From: an uncultured Oscillospiraceae bacterium
GTDB lineage: Bacteria; Bacillota; Clostridia; Oscillospirales; Oscillospiraceae
Length of the DNA: 64,000 nucleotides
Reading direction: 5' to 3'
NCBI GenBank assembly: GCA_947626345.1
Contig: CANQSF010000011.1
Span: forward strand, 3,050-67,049
In this document: positions 31,941-40,947 of the stretch, piece after piece
Layout: every line of letters begins with the position of its first letter
Position numbering within the stretch: the stretch's first letter is position 1
The notes under the pieces: model-generated
Databases searched by the model: none
Told to the model about the DNA's origin: nothing
Seen by the model: the letters and a program-made list of their open reading frames with translations, nothing else
Translations under genes and position numbers: made by a program

Positions 31941-33874
31941 GGGGCCTCCTCTCCGGTGCCGGGCCGGGCGCCGGTGACCCCCGCGATCCACACGGTGGCC
32001 TTGCCGGTCTCGGTCAGCTCCGAGTAGGTGGGGATGGACCCCGCCACGTTTTCGTTCAGCCAGTTCATGTCGATGATCTGCTCCGGGGTGAGGGTCTTGC
32101 CCTTGTCCAGCACCACCTGGCCGGCCTGATCGTACAGCGGGCCGGTGAAGGGCTGGCACAGCCCGGCGCAGATGCTCTTTTCCAGCAGCCCCGCCATTTT
32201 CCGCACGCCGATGGGCAGCTTGTCGGAATAGCGCATCTCCACCACGCCGGCGCTCATGCCCCAGTAGTAGTTCAGGGCCTTGGGGCTGCCGGCGCTCTCG
32301 GCCTGGAAGCTGCCGTCCCGGATGCGGCGCAGCAGGGCCTCATAGTATACGCCCCACCGCCACACGGGCATGGCCAGGTTCACCTGGCTGCCGTCGGGGT
32401 TGACCAGCCCCAGGCCGAAGGGGGTGCGGCCCCGGTCGGTGAGCCGGGTCAGGTCCTGGGAGGAGATGAGCCGGATGCCCCGGCCCGCCAGCCGCTGGAC
32501 GGCGCTGCCGTCGCCGGCCACGGAGGACCACTCCAGCCGCACCTCGGACTGGGGGCTCACGGACTGTACTCCCAGGGCGAAGGCGTTGATGCCGGCCACC
32601 TGGCCGTAGATGGGATAGTCGCACACATAGCCCACGTCCTCGCCGCCGGCCAGAGCCCCGGCGATGACGCCGGCGATGAACTTGGGCTCATACATCCGGG
32701 CGTAGTAGGTGCGGATATACCGGTGGGACATGTTCAGCGCGCAGTTGAGGATGGTGAGCTTGGGATTCTCCACCGCGGCCCGGAGGCTGGCGGGCAGCAG
32801 CCGGGGAGAGGTGGTGAAGATCACGGTGCTGCCCTCGTCAGCCGCCTGGCGGATGACCTGGTCCGCGTCACCATCCATGGCGTTGAAGTATGCCTTGGTG
32901 ACGATCTTGTCCCCGAACACCCGCTGGACGTACTCCCGGCCCAGCTCATGGCCCAGGGTCCAGCCGGAGAAGGCCGGGTCCTTGTCGTGGATGAAGGCCA
33001 CGGCCAGGGGCTTTTCGCTCTTGGGCAGCACCCGGGACAGCAGGCCCGGCTTTTCCGTCTCCGGGGACAGCTTCACGTCGATGGGCTCCGTCTCCTGCTG
33101 CAGGGCGAACTCCTCCCAGACCTTGGACATGGACCGCTTGATCTCCGAGGCGGTGGTGCTGCGCAGCTGCTGATAGCCGAACACCTCCAGGTACGCCAGC
33201 ATGGCGTCGCCCACGGTGGTGGTCAGGCGCTTGCCGCCGTTGGCCTCGTAGGCGGAGCGGAAGAAGTAATAGGCGGCGCGGAAGCTCATCCGGTCGTCGT
33301 CGGTCCACACCTGGCCGGGGCTCTTGCCCAGCAGTTGCTGGAGCCGGGCGTATCCGCCGGGCTTGGTGAATTCAATGTAGTTTACCCGGCTGGCCCGGTA
33401 AAACTCCACATATTCAAAATAGAGGTCCGTCTCCGGGTCGCCCCGGTCGGTGGGCATGATGCGGGTGACCTGGGCGTCCACCGTGTCCGCGCCGAAAAAG
33501 CGCAGCACGCTGACCCGCTTGTTGCCCTCCTCCACGTAGAACCGGTTCATGTACTCCCAGACCTTGATGGGGTCCCGGATGCCCTCCTCCACATGGGCCT
33601 GGCACAGCCGCTGCCACTTGTCGGCGAACTCCGACCCGGCGGGGATGAGGGGCAGCATGCTCCGGGAGAAGGACAGGGCCCGGGCGGTGGTGCGGGTGCC
33701 CGCCACGTGCTCCATGGGGATCTGGATGACCCCCATATCCGTGCCGGAGATCCGCTCCCCCTCGGGGAGGATCGACTCCAGGGCGGTGGGGTAGGGGTGG
33801 ATGCCCTCCGCGGTGCAGCGGCGGAATTCCTTTTGGCCCTGCTTCAGGGCATCGGCGTAATAGTTGGTCAGCAT
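31937..33874 (-). CDS. Cytoplasmic fusion protein: ParB/Srx-like N-domain plus BMP (PnrA-like) binding-protein domain
   Basis: Start MLTNYY. 645 aa, with no signal peptide or lipobox. The N-terminal DPIKVWEYMNRFYVEEGNKRVSVLRFFGADTVDAQV resembles a ParB-like core. Residues from about 300 on (LAVAFIHDKDPAFSGWT.. / GYVCDYPIYGQVAGINAFALG) resemble the BMP family. Confidence 0.6.
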   Translation of the reverse strand: MLTNYYADALKQGQKEFRRCTAEGIHPYPTALESILPEGERISGTDMGVIQIPMEHVAGTRTTARALSFSRSMLPLIPAGSEFADKWQRLCQAHVEEGIRDPIKVWEYMNRFYVEEGNKRVSVLRFFGADTVDAQVTRIMPTDRGDPETDLYFEYVEFYRASRVNYIEFTKPGGYARLQQLLGKSPGQVWTDDDRMSFRAAYYFFRSAYEANGGKRLTTTVGDAMLAYLEVFGYQQLRSTTASEIKRSMSKVWEEFALQQETEPIDVKLSPETEKPGLLSRVLPKSEKPLAVAFIHDKDPAFSGWTLGHELGREYVQRVFGDKIVTKAYFNAMDGDADQVIRQAADEGSTVIFTTSPRLLPASLRAAVENPKLTILNCALNMSHRYIRTYYARMYEPKFIAGVIAGALAGGEDVGYVCDYPIYGQVAGINAFALGVQSVSPQSEVRLEWSSVAGDGSAVQRLAGRGIRLISSQDLTRLTDRGRTPFGLGLVNPDGSQVNLAMPVWRWGVYYEALLRRIRDGSFQAESAGSPKALNYYWGMSAGVVEMRYSDKLPIGVRKMAGLLEKSICAGLCQPFTGPLYDQAGQVVLDKGKTLTPEQIIDMNWLNENVAGSIPTYSELTETGKATVWIAGVTGARPGTGEEAP

Positions 33875-33957
33875 AGCGCGTCCTTTCCCGATGGGGCGAT
33901 ACTCATTCAAGGCGCCATTGTACACCATCGGCCCGGTGGGCACAAGAGGGAATCTCA

Positions 33958-33990
33958 ATAAAAAAGTCCCCGGAAGACCGGGGACTTTTC
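33958..33990 (-). terminator. Terminator after glgA
   Basis: Stem AGTCCCCGG/CCGGGGACT followed by TTTTTTATT on the minus strand. Confidence 0.8.
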
Positions 33991-34023
33991 GCGTTCATGA
34001 ACAGACTGCGGCCGGCGCGCCGG

Positions 34024-35508
34024 TCACAGCATGGACAGATACAGCTGTCCGTACTCCCGCGCCCAGTTGTCGCAGCTGTAGTCCACGGCCATGGCCTGCC
34101 GGATGAGGCCGTCCATGGCGTCGGGATCGGCGTAGGCGCCCAGGGCCCGGCGGACGGCATCGGCGAAGTCCGCCCCGTCCATCCGGGAGAAGGTGAAGCC
34201 GGTGCCCTCGCCGGTATACTGATTGTAGGGCTGGACCGTATCCCGCAGCCCGCCGGTCTCCCGCACGATGGGCAGGGTGCCGTAGGCCATGGCGATGAGC
34301 TGGGAGATGCCGCAGGGCTCGAACCGGGAGGGCATCAGGAAGAAGTCGCACCCGGCGTAGATGTGGTGGCTCAGATCGTCGTCGTAGCCGATCCAGGCGC
34401 AGGCCCGGCCGGGGTGGCGCTCCTCCAGGCCCCGCAGCCAGCCCTCATACTTGCGGTTGCCGTTGCCCAGCAGCACGAAGGCGCAGTCGTTGTTCCACAA
34501 CAGCTCATCCATGGCGGCCATCACCAGCTCCAGGCCCTTTTGCTCCACCAGGCGGGTGACCATGCCGATCAGCGGCCGGTCCGGGACCACCTCCAGGCCG
34601 GTCTCCTCCATGAGGGCGGCCTTGCAGGCGGCCTTGCCCGCCCGGTCGTCCACGTTGAAGTTGGCGGGGATCTTGCCGTCGGAGGCGGGGTCCCACACCG
34701 CCCGGTCGATGCCGTTGACGATGCCGCCCACGTCTCCCCGCAGGCTGAGCACGCCGTCCAGGCCCTCGCCGTACTCCCAGGTGCAGATCTCCCGGGCGTA
34801 GGAGGGGCTGACGGTGTTCACCCGGTCGGCCATGACGCAGCCCGCCTTCAAAAAGCAGGCCATGCCGTAGCGCTCCATCAGGCCCAGGCAGCCGTCGGGG
34901 ATGGACAGGAAGTCCTGCACGAAGTCGAAGTTGCACAGGCCCTGGTAGGCGATGTTGTGGATGGTGAGCAGCGTCCTGGTCTGGCCCAGGGCGGAGTCTA
35001 TGTACTGGGTCTTCAGCAGCAGGGGCAGCATGCCAGTGTGCCAGTCGTTGCAGTGGATCACGTCGGGGATGAAGTCCAGCCGGAACAGGCTCTCCAGCAC
35101 CGCCCGGGTGAAGAAGGCGTACTGCTCGCCCTCCCGGTCGGGCAGGTAGATGGGCCCGCCGAAGTACTCCTCGTTCTCGATCAGCCAGACGGTGACGCCG
35201 TCCAGCATCAGCCGGTTCACGCCCACGAACTTGGTCCGCCAGCCCAGGGAGACGGTGAAGGAGAACATGTACTCCACCCGGTCGCCGTAGCGGGCCTTGA
35301 TGACGCTGTGGTAGGGGATCATCACCCGGGCGTCGAAGCCCAGCTGGTTCAGATACCGGGGCAGGGTGCCCACCACGTCCGCCAGCCCCCCGGTCTTGGC
35401 CAGCGGGGCGCACTCCGCGGCCGTCAGCAGGATGCGGACCGGCCGGTCCGTGACGCCTTTTTCCGCCGCGAGGGCGGTCAGCTCATCGCGAAACTGCTCT
35501 ATTTGCAT
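34024..35508 (-). CDS. glgA: Glycogen synthase (ADP-glucose type)
   Basis: 494 aa. N-terminal AAECAPLAKTGGLADVVG, with a typical GT5 body. Confidence 0.95.
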   Translation of the reverse strand: MQIEQFRDELTALAAEKGVTDRPVRILLTAAECAPLAKTGGLADVVGTLPRYLNQLGFDARVMIPYHSVIKARYGDRVEYMFSFTVSLGWRTKFVGVNRLMLDGVTVWLIENEEYFGGPIYLPDREGEQYAFFTRAVLESLFRLDFIPDVIHCNDWHTGMLPLLLKTQYIDSALGQTRTLLTIHNIAYQGLCNFDFVQDFLSIPDGCLGLMERYGMACFLKAGCVMADRVNTVSPSYAREICTWEYGEGLDGVLSLRGDVGGIVNGIDRAVWDPASDGKIPANFNVDDRAGKAACKAALMEETGLEVVPDRPLIGMVTRLVEQKGLELVMAAMDELLWNNDCAFVLLGNGNRKYEGWLRGLEERHPGRACAWIGYDDDLSHHIYAGCDFFLMPSRFEPCGISQLIAMAYGTLPIVRETGGLRDTVQPYNQYTGEGTGFTFSRMDGADFADAVRRALGAYADPDAMDGLIRQAMAVDYSCDNWAREYGQLYLSML

Positions 35509-37370
35509 GGCTCATTCTCCTCCTCAGATTCGTATGTGAAGTACTGCACGCTCAGGGGCGGCAGGGCCAAATGGACCCGGTACGAGAACTCCCGGAAGCC
35601 CTTGTGCTCGTATTTCTTGCGGCCCAGAGCACGCCCGCCGCCGCCGTAGCGGGCGTCGTCGCTGCTGAGCAGTTTTTTCAGCCGGCCATTGCCGGGCAGG
35701 CCGATGACGAAGTCCTCGTGGAGCATGGGCGTGAAGTTGCACACGCACACCACGGGCTTGTCCGCCTTCCGGTCCCGGGGCCAGCGGATGAAGGCGAGGG
35801 AGCTGTGGTCCCGGTCGTCGGGGTTGAGCCAGGTGAAGCCCTCCCAGCTGTCCTCAATCTGCCACAGGGCCGGCTGGGACCGGTATATGTGCCCCAGCGC
35901 GGCGCACCAGTCCTGCATCTGGCGGTGCTTGGGATAGTCCAGCAGGAGCCAGTCCAGCTGCTGCTGGTAGTTCCACTCGATGAACTGGCCGAACTCCCCG
36001 CCCATGAAGTTCAGCTTCTTGCCCGGGTGGGCGAACTGATAGCCGTACAGCGCCCGGAGGGTGGCGAACTTGTCGTCATACAGGCCGGACATCTTCTGCA
36101 GCATGGAGCACTTGCCGTGGACCACCTCGTCGTGGGAGTAGGCTAGGATGTAGTACTCCGAGAAGGCGTACATCATGGAGAAGGTGAGCTTGTCGTGGTT
36201 ATAGGAGCGGAAGTAGGGGTCCAGCTTGAAGTAGTCCAGGGTGTCGTGCATGAAGCCCATGTCCCACTTGAAGGTGAAGCCCAGCCCGTCCTCCTCCGGC
36301 GGGGCGGTGACCTTGGGGAAGGCGGTGGACTCCTCCGCCACGGTGAAGGCGCCGGGGCACCGGTCCGCCACGGCGGAATTGAGCTGCTGCCAGAAGCTGA
36401 CTACGTCGTAGTTGATATTGCCGCCGTCCCGGTTGGGGACCCACTGGCCGGCCTTGCGGCCGTAGTCCAGATAGAGCATGGAGCTGACCGCGTCGCACCG
36501 CAGCCCGTCCACATGGTAGCTCTCCAGGAAGAACAGCGCGGAGCTGATGAGGAATCCCCGCACGTCCGGGCTGGCGTAATCGAACACCAGCGTGCCCCAC
36601 TCGGCATGCTCGCCCATGCGCGGGTCGGCGTATTCGTAAAGGGGCGTGCCGTCGAACCGGGCCAGGCCGTGCTCGTCCCGGGGGAAGTGGGCCGCCACCC
36701 AGTCCACGATCACGCCCACGCCGGCCTGGTGCAGGGTGTCCACGAAGGCCATGAAGTCCTCCGGAGTGCCGTAACGGCTGGTGGGGGCGAACCAGCCCGT
36801 GGCCTGGTAGCCCCAGCTGCCCACGAAGGGGAACTCGGTGACAGGCAGCAGCTCCACGTGGGTATAGCCCAGCTGGCGGCAGTAGTCCGCCAGCTCCGGC
36901 GCGATGTTTTTATAGTTGGGGAACGTCTCCCCCGGGGCCAGCCGCCAGGAGCCGATGTGCATCTCATAGATGTTCATGGGCTCGCGCCGCTGATCCCGCC
37001 CGGGCCGGGCGGCCATCCAGCCGCCGTCGCCCCATTGGTAGCCGCCCAGCTGCCACACCTTGGAGGCGGTGGCCGGGCCGGTCTCCGCGTGGAAGGCGAA
37101 GGGATCGGCCTTCAGCACCTGCCGGCCGTCGGGGCCGGTGACGGCGTATTTATAGACCTGGCCGTGGACGGCCTGGGGCACGGTGACCGACCAGTAGCCC
37201 TCGAAATCCCGCTCCATGGGATCGGCGGAGGCGTCCCAGTAGTTGAAATCGCCCACCACGGACACCGCCTGGGCGTTGGGCGCCCACACCCGGAAGACAT
37301 ATCCGTCTCCCTCCCGGTGACAGCCCAGGAACTCCTGGGCGCGATAAGTACAGTCGTTCAGCACGCTCAT
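35499..37370 (-). CDS. glgB: 1,4-alpha-glucan branching enzyme
   Basis: 623 aa. GH13 motifs DWVAAHF, GLRCDAV, AEEST and YSHDEV. It overlaps glgA by 10 nt. Confidence 0.95.
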   Translation of the reverse strand: MSVLNDCTYRAQEFLGCHREGDGYVFRVWAPNAQAVSVVGDFNYWDASADPMERDFEGYWSVTVPQAVHGQVYKYAVTGPDGRQVLKADPFAFHAETGPATASKVWQLGGYQWGDGGWMAARPGRDQRREPMNIYEMHIGSWRLAPGETFPNYKNIAPELADYCRQLGYTHVELLPVTEFPFVGSWGYQATGWFAPTSRYGTPEDFMAFVDTLHQAGVGVIVDWVAAHFPRDEHGLARFDGTPLYEYADPRMGEHAEWGTLVFDYASPDVRGFLISSALFFLESYHVDGLRCDAVSSMLYLDYGRKAGQWVPNRDGGNINYDVVSFWQQLNSAVADRCPGAFTVAEESTAFPKVTAPPEEDGLGFTFKWDMGFMHDTLDYFKLDPYFRSYNHDKLTFSMMYAFSEYYILAYSHDEVVHGKCSMLQKMSGLYDDKFATLRALYGYQFAHPGKKLNFMGGEFGQFIEWNYQQQLDWLLLDYPKHRQMQDWCAALGHIYRSQPALWQIEDSWEGFTWLNPDDRDHSSLAFIRWPRDRKADKPVVCVCNFTPMLHEDFVIGLPGNGRLKKLLSSDDARYGGGGRALGRKKYEHKGFREFSYRVHLALPPLSVQYFTYESEEENEPCK

Positions 37371-37414
37371 TTGTGATCTCCCCCCAGATGACCGAAGTTG
37401 GGTCCTCTGCTCTT

Positions 37415-37443
37415 ATCATATACTATCCGGGGATTTTTTTCAA
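37415..37443 (-). promoter_or_regulatory. Promoter of glgB-glgA
   Basis: Minus strand TTGAAA (37443-37438), 17 nt spacer, TATGAT (37420-37415). Confidence 0.55.
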
Positions 37444-37490
37444 TAATTGACAGAGAGGAAAAGATATAATAAAATAAAAACTGTCATTTC

Positions 37491-38102
37491 TCACAAGGGG
37501 AACACGTCAGCGGCGGATACCTCGAAGGCCTGTCGCTGGAAGCTCTCCCCGTCGATGACCTTGGTGTAGGCCCGGCTCTGGATCCGTCCGCGGACGGCCA
37601 GCTGGGTCCCCACGGGCACGTCGCCGATGTCCCGGGCCTGCTGGCCCCAGGCGATGACCGGGATATAATCGCTGCGCCTGTACCGGCGGGACACCGCCAG
37701 GATCACGTCGCAGATCTCCCGGCCCATGGGCGTGACGCGCAGGGTGGGTGGACGGCACACCGTGCCGGTGAGGGCGATGTGGTTCTCGTCCTCGCCGCCG
37801 GGGCCGATCTCCCGGGCCAGGACCGTGAGCACCAGCCGGTTGCCCACGCCGGAGCGGTTGTTATAGGAGCGCAGCTCCCCCGCGATCCGGATGGGGCCGG
37901 ATCGCAGCGCGTCGTCTCCGGGCAGCATGGACTGGCGGGCCACGATGTTCACCGTGTCCGCCGTGCCGCTGAGCCGCCGGGTCTGCAGGGGAAAGGTATA
38001 GAACCGGATGCCCCGGCTCTCGTGGGAATAGCGGGGGAGGGCGGTCACGGTGCCGCACAGCTCCGCCCGGTTGGTGACGAAGACCTCGTCCATTTGGCGC
38101 AC
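37491..38102 (-). CDS. SSB-like protein with two tandem OB-fold halves
   Basis: 203 aa. Both halves show the SSB-like pattern (N..L.G.V...P......G......F.L........D.I.V.AWG..A.......G..L.V.G.I), and there is no acidic C-terminal tail. Assignment is by pattern only. Confidence 0.55.
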   Translation of the reverse strand: MRQMDEVFVTNRAELCGTVTALPRYSHESRGIRFYTFPLQTRRLSGTADTVNIVARQSMLPGDDALRSGPIRIAGELRSYNNRSGVGNRLVLTVLAREIGPGGEDENHIALTGTVCRPPTLRVTPMGREICDVILAVSRRYRRSDYIPVIAWGQQARDIGDVPVGTQLAVRGRIQSRAYTKVIDGESFQRQAFEVSAADVFPL

Positions 38103-38193
38103 CTCGCAAGCGTTGATGCTTCAGCCTATGCGCCGGGACGGGCCGATATGAACAGGAAAAAAGCGGGCCGTGCCCGCGTGAGGAGGATCGATT

Positions 38194-39078
38194 ATGGAAC
38201 TGAACGAGATATTGTCCCGGTGCGACCACACCCTGCTGCGGCAGGACGCTACCATGCAGGAGATCCGCCGGCTGTGCGACGAGGCCATCCGCTATCACTG
38301 CGCCAGCGTCTGCATCCCGCCCTGCCACGTGGCCGGGGCCAAGCGCTACGTGGGCGGGAATCTGCCCATCTGCACGGTCATCGGCTTCCCCAACGGCTAC
38401 AGCACCACCGCCGTGAAGGTGGCGGAGGCCAGGGACGCCATCGCCGCCGGCGCGGCGGAGATCGACATGGTGGTGAACCTGTCCATGGTCAAGGACGGCT
38501 GCTGGGACGACGTGCTTCGGGAGATCATCGCCATCCGGGACGCCACGGCGGGCTATATCCTGAAGGTCATCATCGAGACATGCCTGCTGACCCAGGAGGA
38601 GAAGATCAAGCTGTGCGAGCTGGTCAGCTCCTCCGGCGCGGACTACATCAAGACCTCCACCGGCTTCTCCACCGGCGGGGCCACCCGGGAGGACGTGGCC
38701 CTGCTGCGCCAGTACTGCGGCCCCCACGTGAAGGTGAAGGCGGCCGGCGGCATCAAGACCCTCCAGGACGCGGAGGACATGATCGCCCTGGGCGCGGACC
38801 GGCTGGGCACCAGCCGGATCGTGAAGCTGGTGATCGACATGGAGAACGCCCCCGCCCCGGTGGAGGAACCTGCACCGGTGGAAGAACCCATCCCCGTGCC
38901 GGTGGAGGAGCCTCTTCCGGAAGAGCCTGCCCCGGAGGCCCCGGTAGAGGAGCCCGTTCCGGAGGAAGAGCCCGTCCCCGCGCCGGCGGAGGAGCCCCTT
39001 CCGGAAGAGCCTGCCCCCGAGGCACCGGCGGAGGAACCCGCCCCGGAGACGCCCTCAGAGCCCCCGGTGGAATACTGA
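38194..39078 (+). CDS. deoC: Deoxyribose-phosphate aldolase with about 75-aa Pro/Glu-rich C-terminal extension
   Basis: Motifs DHTLL, VCIPP, IDMV, KVIIET (Schiff-base Lys region) and IKTSTGF. The tail is PAPVEEPAPVEEPIPVPVEEPLPEEPAPEAP... Confidence 0.9.
   Translation: MELNEILSRCDHTLLRQDATMQEIRRLCDEAIRYHCASVCIPPCHVAGAKRYVGGNLPICTVIGFPNGYSTTAVKVAEARDAIAAGAAEIDMVVNLSMVKDGCWDDVLREIIAIRDATAGYILKVIIETCLLTQEEKIKLCELVSSSGADYIKTSTGFSTGGATREDVALLRQYCGPHVKVKAAGGIKTLQDAEDMIALGADRLGTSRIVKLVIDMENAPAPVEEPAPVEEPIPVPVEEPLPEEPAPEAPVEEPVPEEEPVPAPAEEPLPEEPAPEAPAEEPAPETPSEPPVEY
38898..39065. repeat. Two tandem 84-bp imperfect repeats inside the deoC tail
   Basis: 38901-38954 and 38985-39038 align at about 47/54. 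They encode PVEEPLPEEPAPEAPVEEP.. and PAEEPLPEEPAPEAPAEEP... Confidence 0.7.
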
Positions 39079-39441
39079 CGCCCGCAGCGCCCGGGCCAGG
39101 GCGCAGCCCGGGATGCTGAGCAGAAACCACAGCGCCGTATACTGAGCGCAGATCTGCCCGTACAGGTTCCAGCGCCGGGCGGAGTAGTCCCACACCTGCC
39201 AGCCCAGACCCACGTTCACGACAGCGCCAGCGATGAATTCCACCGCCGTGATCACCGCCGCGCACAATAGATACTGCTGCAGCCGGCCCATGCCCGTGGC
39301 GGCGATGCGGTACATCAGCAGATAGCATATCCCGCCGGCCAGCACCATGGACCAGTGGGTGCGGCCCCGCCACGCCAGCTCGATCAGCCCGTAGGCGACG
39401 CCGCCCAGCAGGAACACGCACGATAGTTCAAAAGCGTTCAT
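39055..39441 (-). CDS. Small 4-TM membrane protein (putative ABC-transporter type IV / DUF1113-like)
   Basis: Start MNAFELSCV. 128 aa. The pattern GGICYLLMY...EF..G.....LG..VWDYS is present. Its 3' end overlaps the deoC 3' end by 24 bp (convergent). Confidence 0.65.
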   Translation of the reverse strand: MNAFELSCVFLLGGVAYGLIELAWRGRTHWSMVLAGGICYLLMYRIAATGMGRLQQYLLCAAVITAVEFIAGAVVNVGLGWQVWDYSARRWNLYGQICAQYTALWFLLSIPGCALARALRASVFHRGL

Positions 39442-39476
39442 ACCGGGAGCTTTCCCGCTTTTTGGGAAAAACAGAC

Positions 39477-39505
39477 TTGACAAAGCCCGCCCGGGCTGGT
39501 ATATT
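39477..39505 (+). promoter_or_regulatory. Promoter of infC-rpmI-rplT
   Basis: TTGACA (39477-39482), 17 nt spacer, TGgTATATT (TATATT at 39500-39505). Confidence 0.65.
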
Positions 39506-39597
39506 ATTCAGGCACAAAGCAGGACGCAGTGGTATCCGTCCTCGCCCGGCCGCCTTTTATGCGCGCGCCGCGGCCGCAAGACCTTTGATGAGTTTTT

Positions 39598-39628
39598 GCG
39601 CGGATACATCCTGTATCCGCGCATTTTG
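39598..39628 (+). promoter_or_regulatory. Leader terminator-like hairpin (candidate L20-responsive attenuator)
   Basis: GCGCGGATAC-ATCCT-GTATCCGCGC followed by ATTTTGT. It lies about 90 nt after the promoter and 30 nt before the infC RBS. Confidence 0.5.
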
Positions 39629-39656
39629 TCACATCAAAAAGGGAGGTGTTCTGGCA

Positions 39657-40220
39657 ATAGCGAACATGACGCATCCTCTTAACGAGGACATCCGGGAGCC
39701 GCAGGTACGCCTGATCGGCGATGATGGCGAGCAGCTGGGGATCATGACCTCGGAGGAAGCCCTCCGGATCGCGGAGCAGCGGGACATGGACCTGGTGATG
39801 ATCTCCCCGCAGGCGAAGCCGCCTGTGTGCAAGATCATGGACTATGGCAAGTACCGCTTCGAGCAGTCCAAGCGGGAGAAAGAGGCCAAGAAGAACCAGC
39901 ATGTCATCGAGGTCAAAGAGATCCGTATGTCGCCGTCCATCGGCGAGAACGACTTTTTGGTCAAGCTTCGCAATGGCCAGAAATTCCTGGCTGAGGGGGA
40001 CCGGCTGAAGGTGACGGTCCGGTTCCGCGGCCGTGAGATGGCGCACACCGATCTGGGCAAGCAGCTCTTGGAGCGGTATGCCGCCGAGTGCGCTGAGATC
40101 GCGAAAGTCGACAAGGGCGCGAAGCTGGAGGGCCGGCTGATGACCGAGTTCCTCTCGCCGAAGGCCCAGGCACCGCAAAAGAAACAGCCCAAGCAAGAAA
40201 AATCAAAGGAGACGAACTGA
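39657..40220 (+). CDS. infC: Translation initiation factor IF-3
   Basis: The conserved body is INEDIREPQVRLIGDDGEQLG...KIMDYGKY. The GGGAGGTG RBS ends 8 nt before the in-frame ATA at 39657, which I take as a likely non-canonical start, as is usual for infC. The next ATG, at 39666, is 17 nt from the RBS. Confidence 0.85.
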   Translation: MANMTHPLNEDIREPQVRLIGDDGEQLGIMTSEEALRIAEQRDMDLVMISPQAKPPVCKIMDYGKYRFEQSKREKEAKKNQHVIEVKEIRMSPSIGENDFLVKLRNGQKFLAEGDRLKVTVRFRGREMAHTDLGKQLLERYAAECAEIAKVDKGAKLEGRLMTEFLSPKAQAPQKKQPKQEKSKETN

Positions 40221-40221
40221 A

Positions 40222-40425
40222 ATGCCGAAACTGAAGACCCACAGCGCTTCCAAGAAGCGTTTCTCTCTGACCAAGAACGGCAAGGTCAAGCGTGCCCACG
40301 CCTACAAGAGCCATCTGCTCAACGGCCACGGCAAGACCACCAAGCGTAAGCGCGGCCTGCGCAAGGGCGCTTATGCCGACAGCACCAACGCCGCCACCGT
40401 CAAGCGCATGATCCCGTATAAATAA
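40222..40425 (+). CDS. rpmI: 50S ribosomal protein L35
   Basis: [24 protein letters not shown].., 67 aa. Confidence 0.95.
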   Translation: MPKLKTHSASKKRFSLTKNGKVKRAHAYKSHLLNGHGKTTKRKRGLRKGAYADSTNAATVKRMIPYK

Positions 40426-40439
40426 GGAGGACACGAAAG

Positions 40440-40793
40440 ATGGCACGTATCAAGGGCGCGATGATGACGCGCAAGAGAAGAAATAAGATCCTCGGCATGG
40501 CCAAGGGTTATTGGGGCAGCAAGTCCCGTCACTATAAGATGGCCAACCAGGCCGTGATGAAGAGCCTGCGTTACGCCTATGTGGGCCGCAAGCAGCGCAA
40601 GCGCGATTTCCGCCAGCTGTGGATCGCACGTATCAGCGCCGCCTGCAAGCTGAACGGCATCAACTACTCCCAGTTCATGCACGGCCTGAAGCTGGCCGGG
40701 ATCAACATGAACCGGAAGATGCTCTCCGAGACCGCGATCAACGATCCCGCCGCGTTCACCGCTCTGGTGGCGAAGGCGAAGGCCTCTCTCTGA
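40440..40793 (+). CDS. rplT: 50S ribosomal protein L20
   Basis: [29 protein letters not shown].., 117 aa. Confidence 0.95.
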   Translation: MARIKGAMMTRKRRNKILGMAKGYWGSKSRHYKMANQAVMKSLRYAYVGRKQRKRDFRQLWIARISAACKLNGINYSQFMHGLKLAGINMNRKMLSETAINDPAAFTALVAKAKASL

Positions 40794-40806
40794 CCCATAC
40801 CGAAAA

Positions 40807-40834
40807 AAGCCCGGAGTGCTCTCCGGGCTTTTTC
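40807..40834 (+). terminator. Rho-independent terminator
   Basis: Stem AAGCCCGGAG/CTCCGGGCTT with a TGCT loop and T5. Confidence 0.85.
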
Positions 40835-40947
40835 ATTTCATAAATTAGGACCACGACCGCTCCTGGCGCAAAGCCTGGGGCGGTTTTTTGTATAAGCGGC
40901 CCGGTCGCGGGGCCAGAATACACCGAAGATATATGGAGGGGCGCGAG

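Noticed and set aside
37447-37475. TTGACA ... TATAAT on the plus strand between glgB and the SSB-like gene.
   Set aside because: The spacer is only about 12 nt, and no plus-strand gene follows for 700 bp. The functional promoter here is more likely the minus-strand TTGAAA-17-TATGAT of glgB.
40835-40890. A second hairpin plus T6 after the rplT terminator (ACCGCTCC...GGGGCGGT TTTTTT), considered as a boundary repeat of the recombinase/surface-protein block.
   Set aside because: I found no matching sequence at the other end of the block (45913-45970). It is most simply a back-up terminator.
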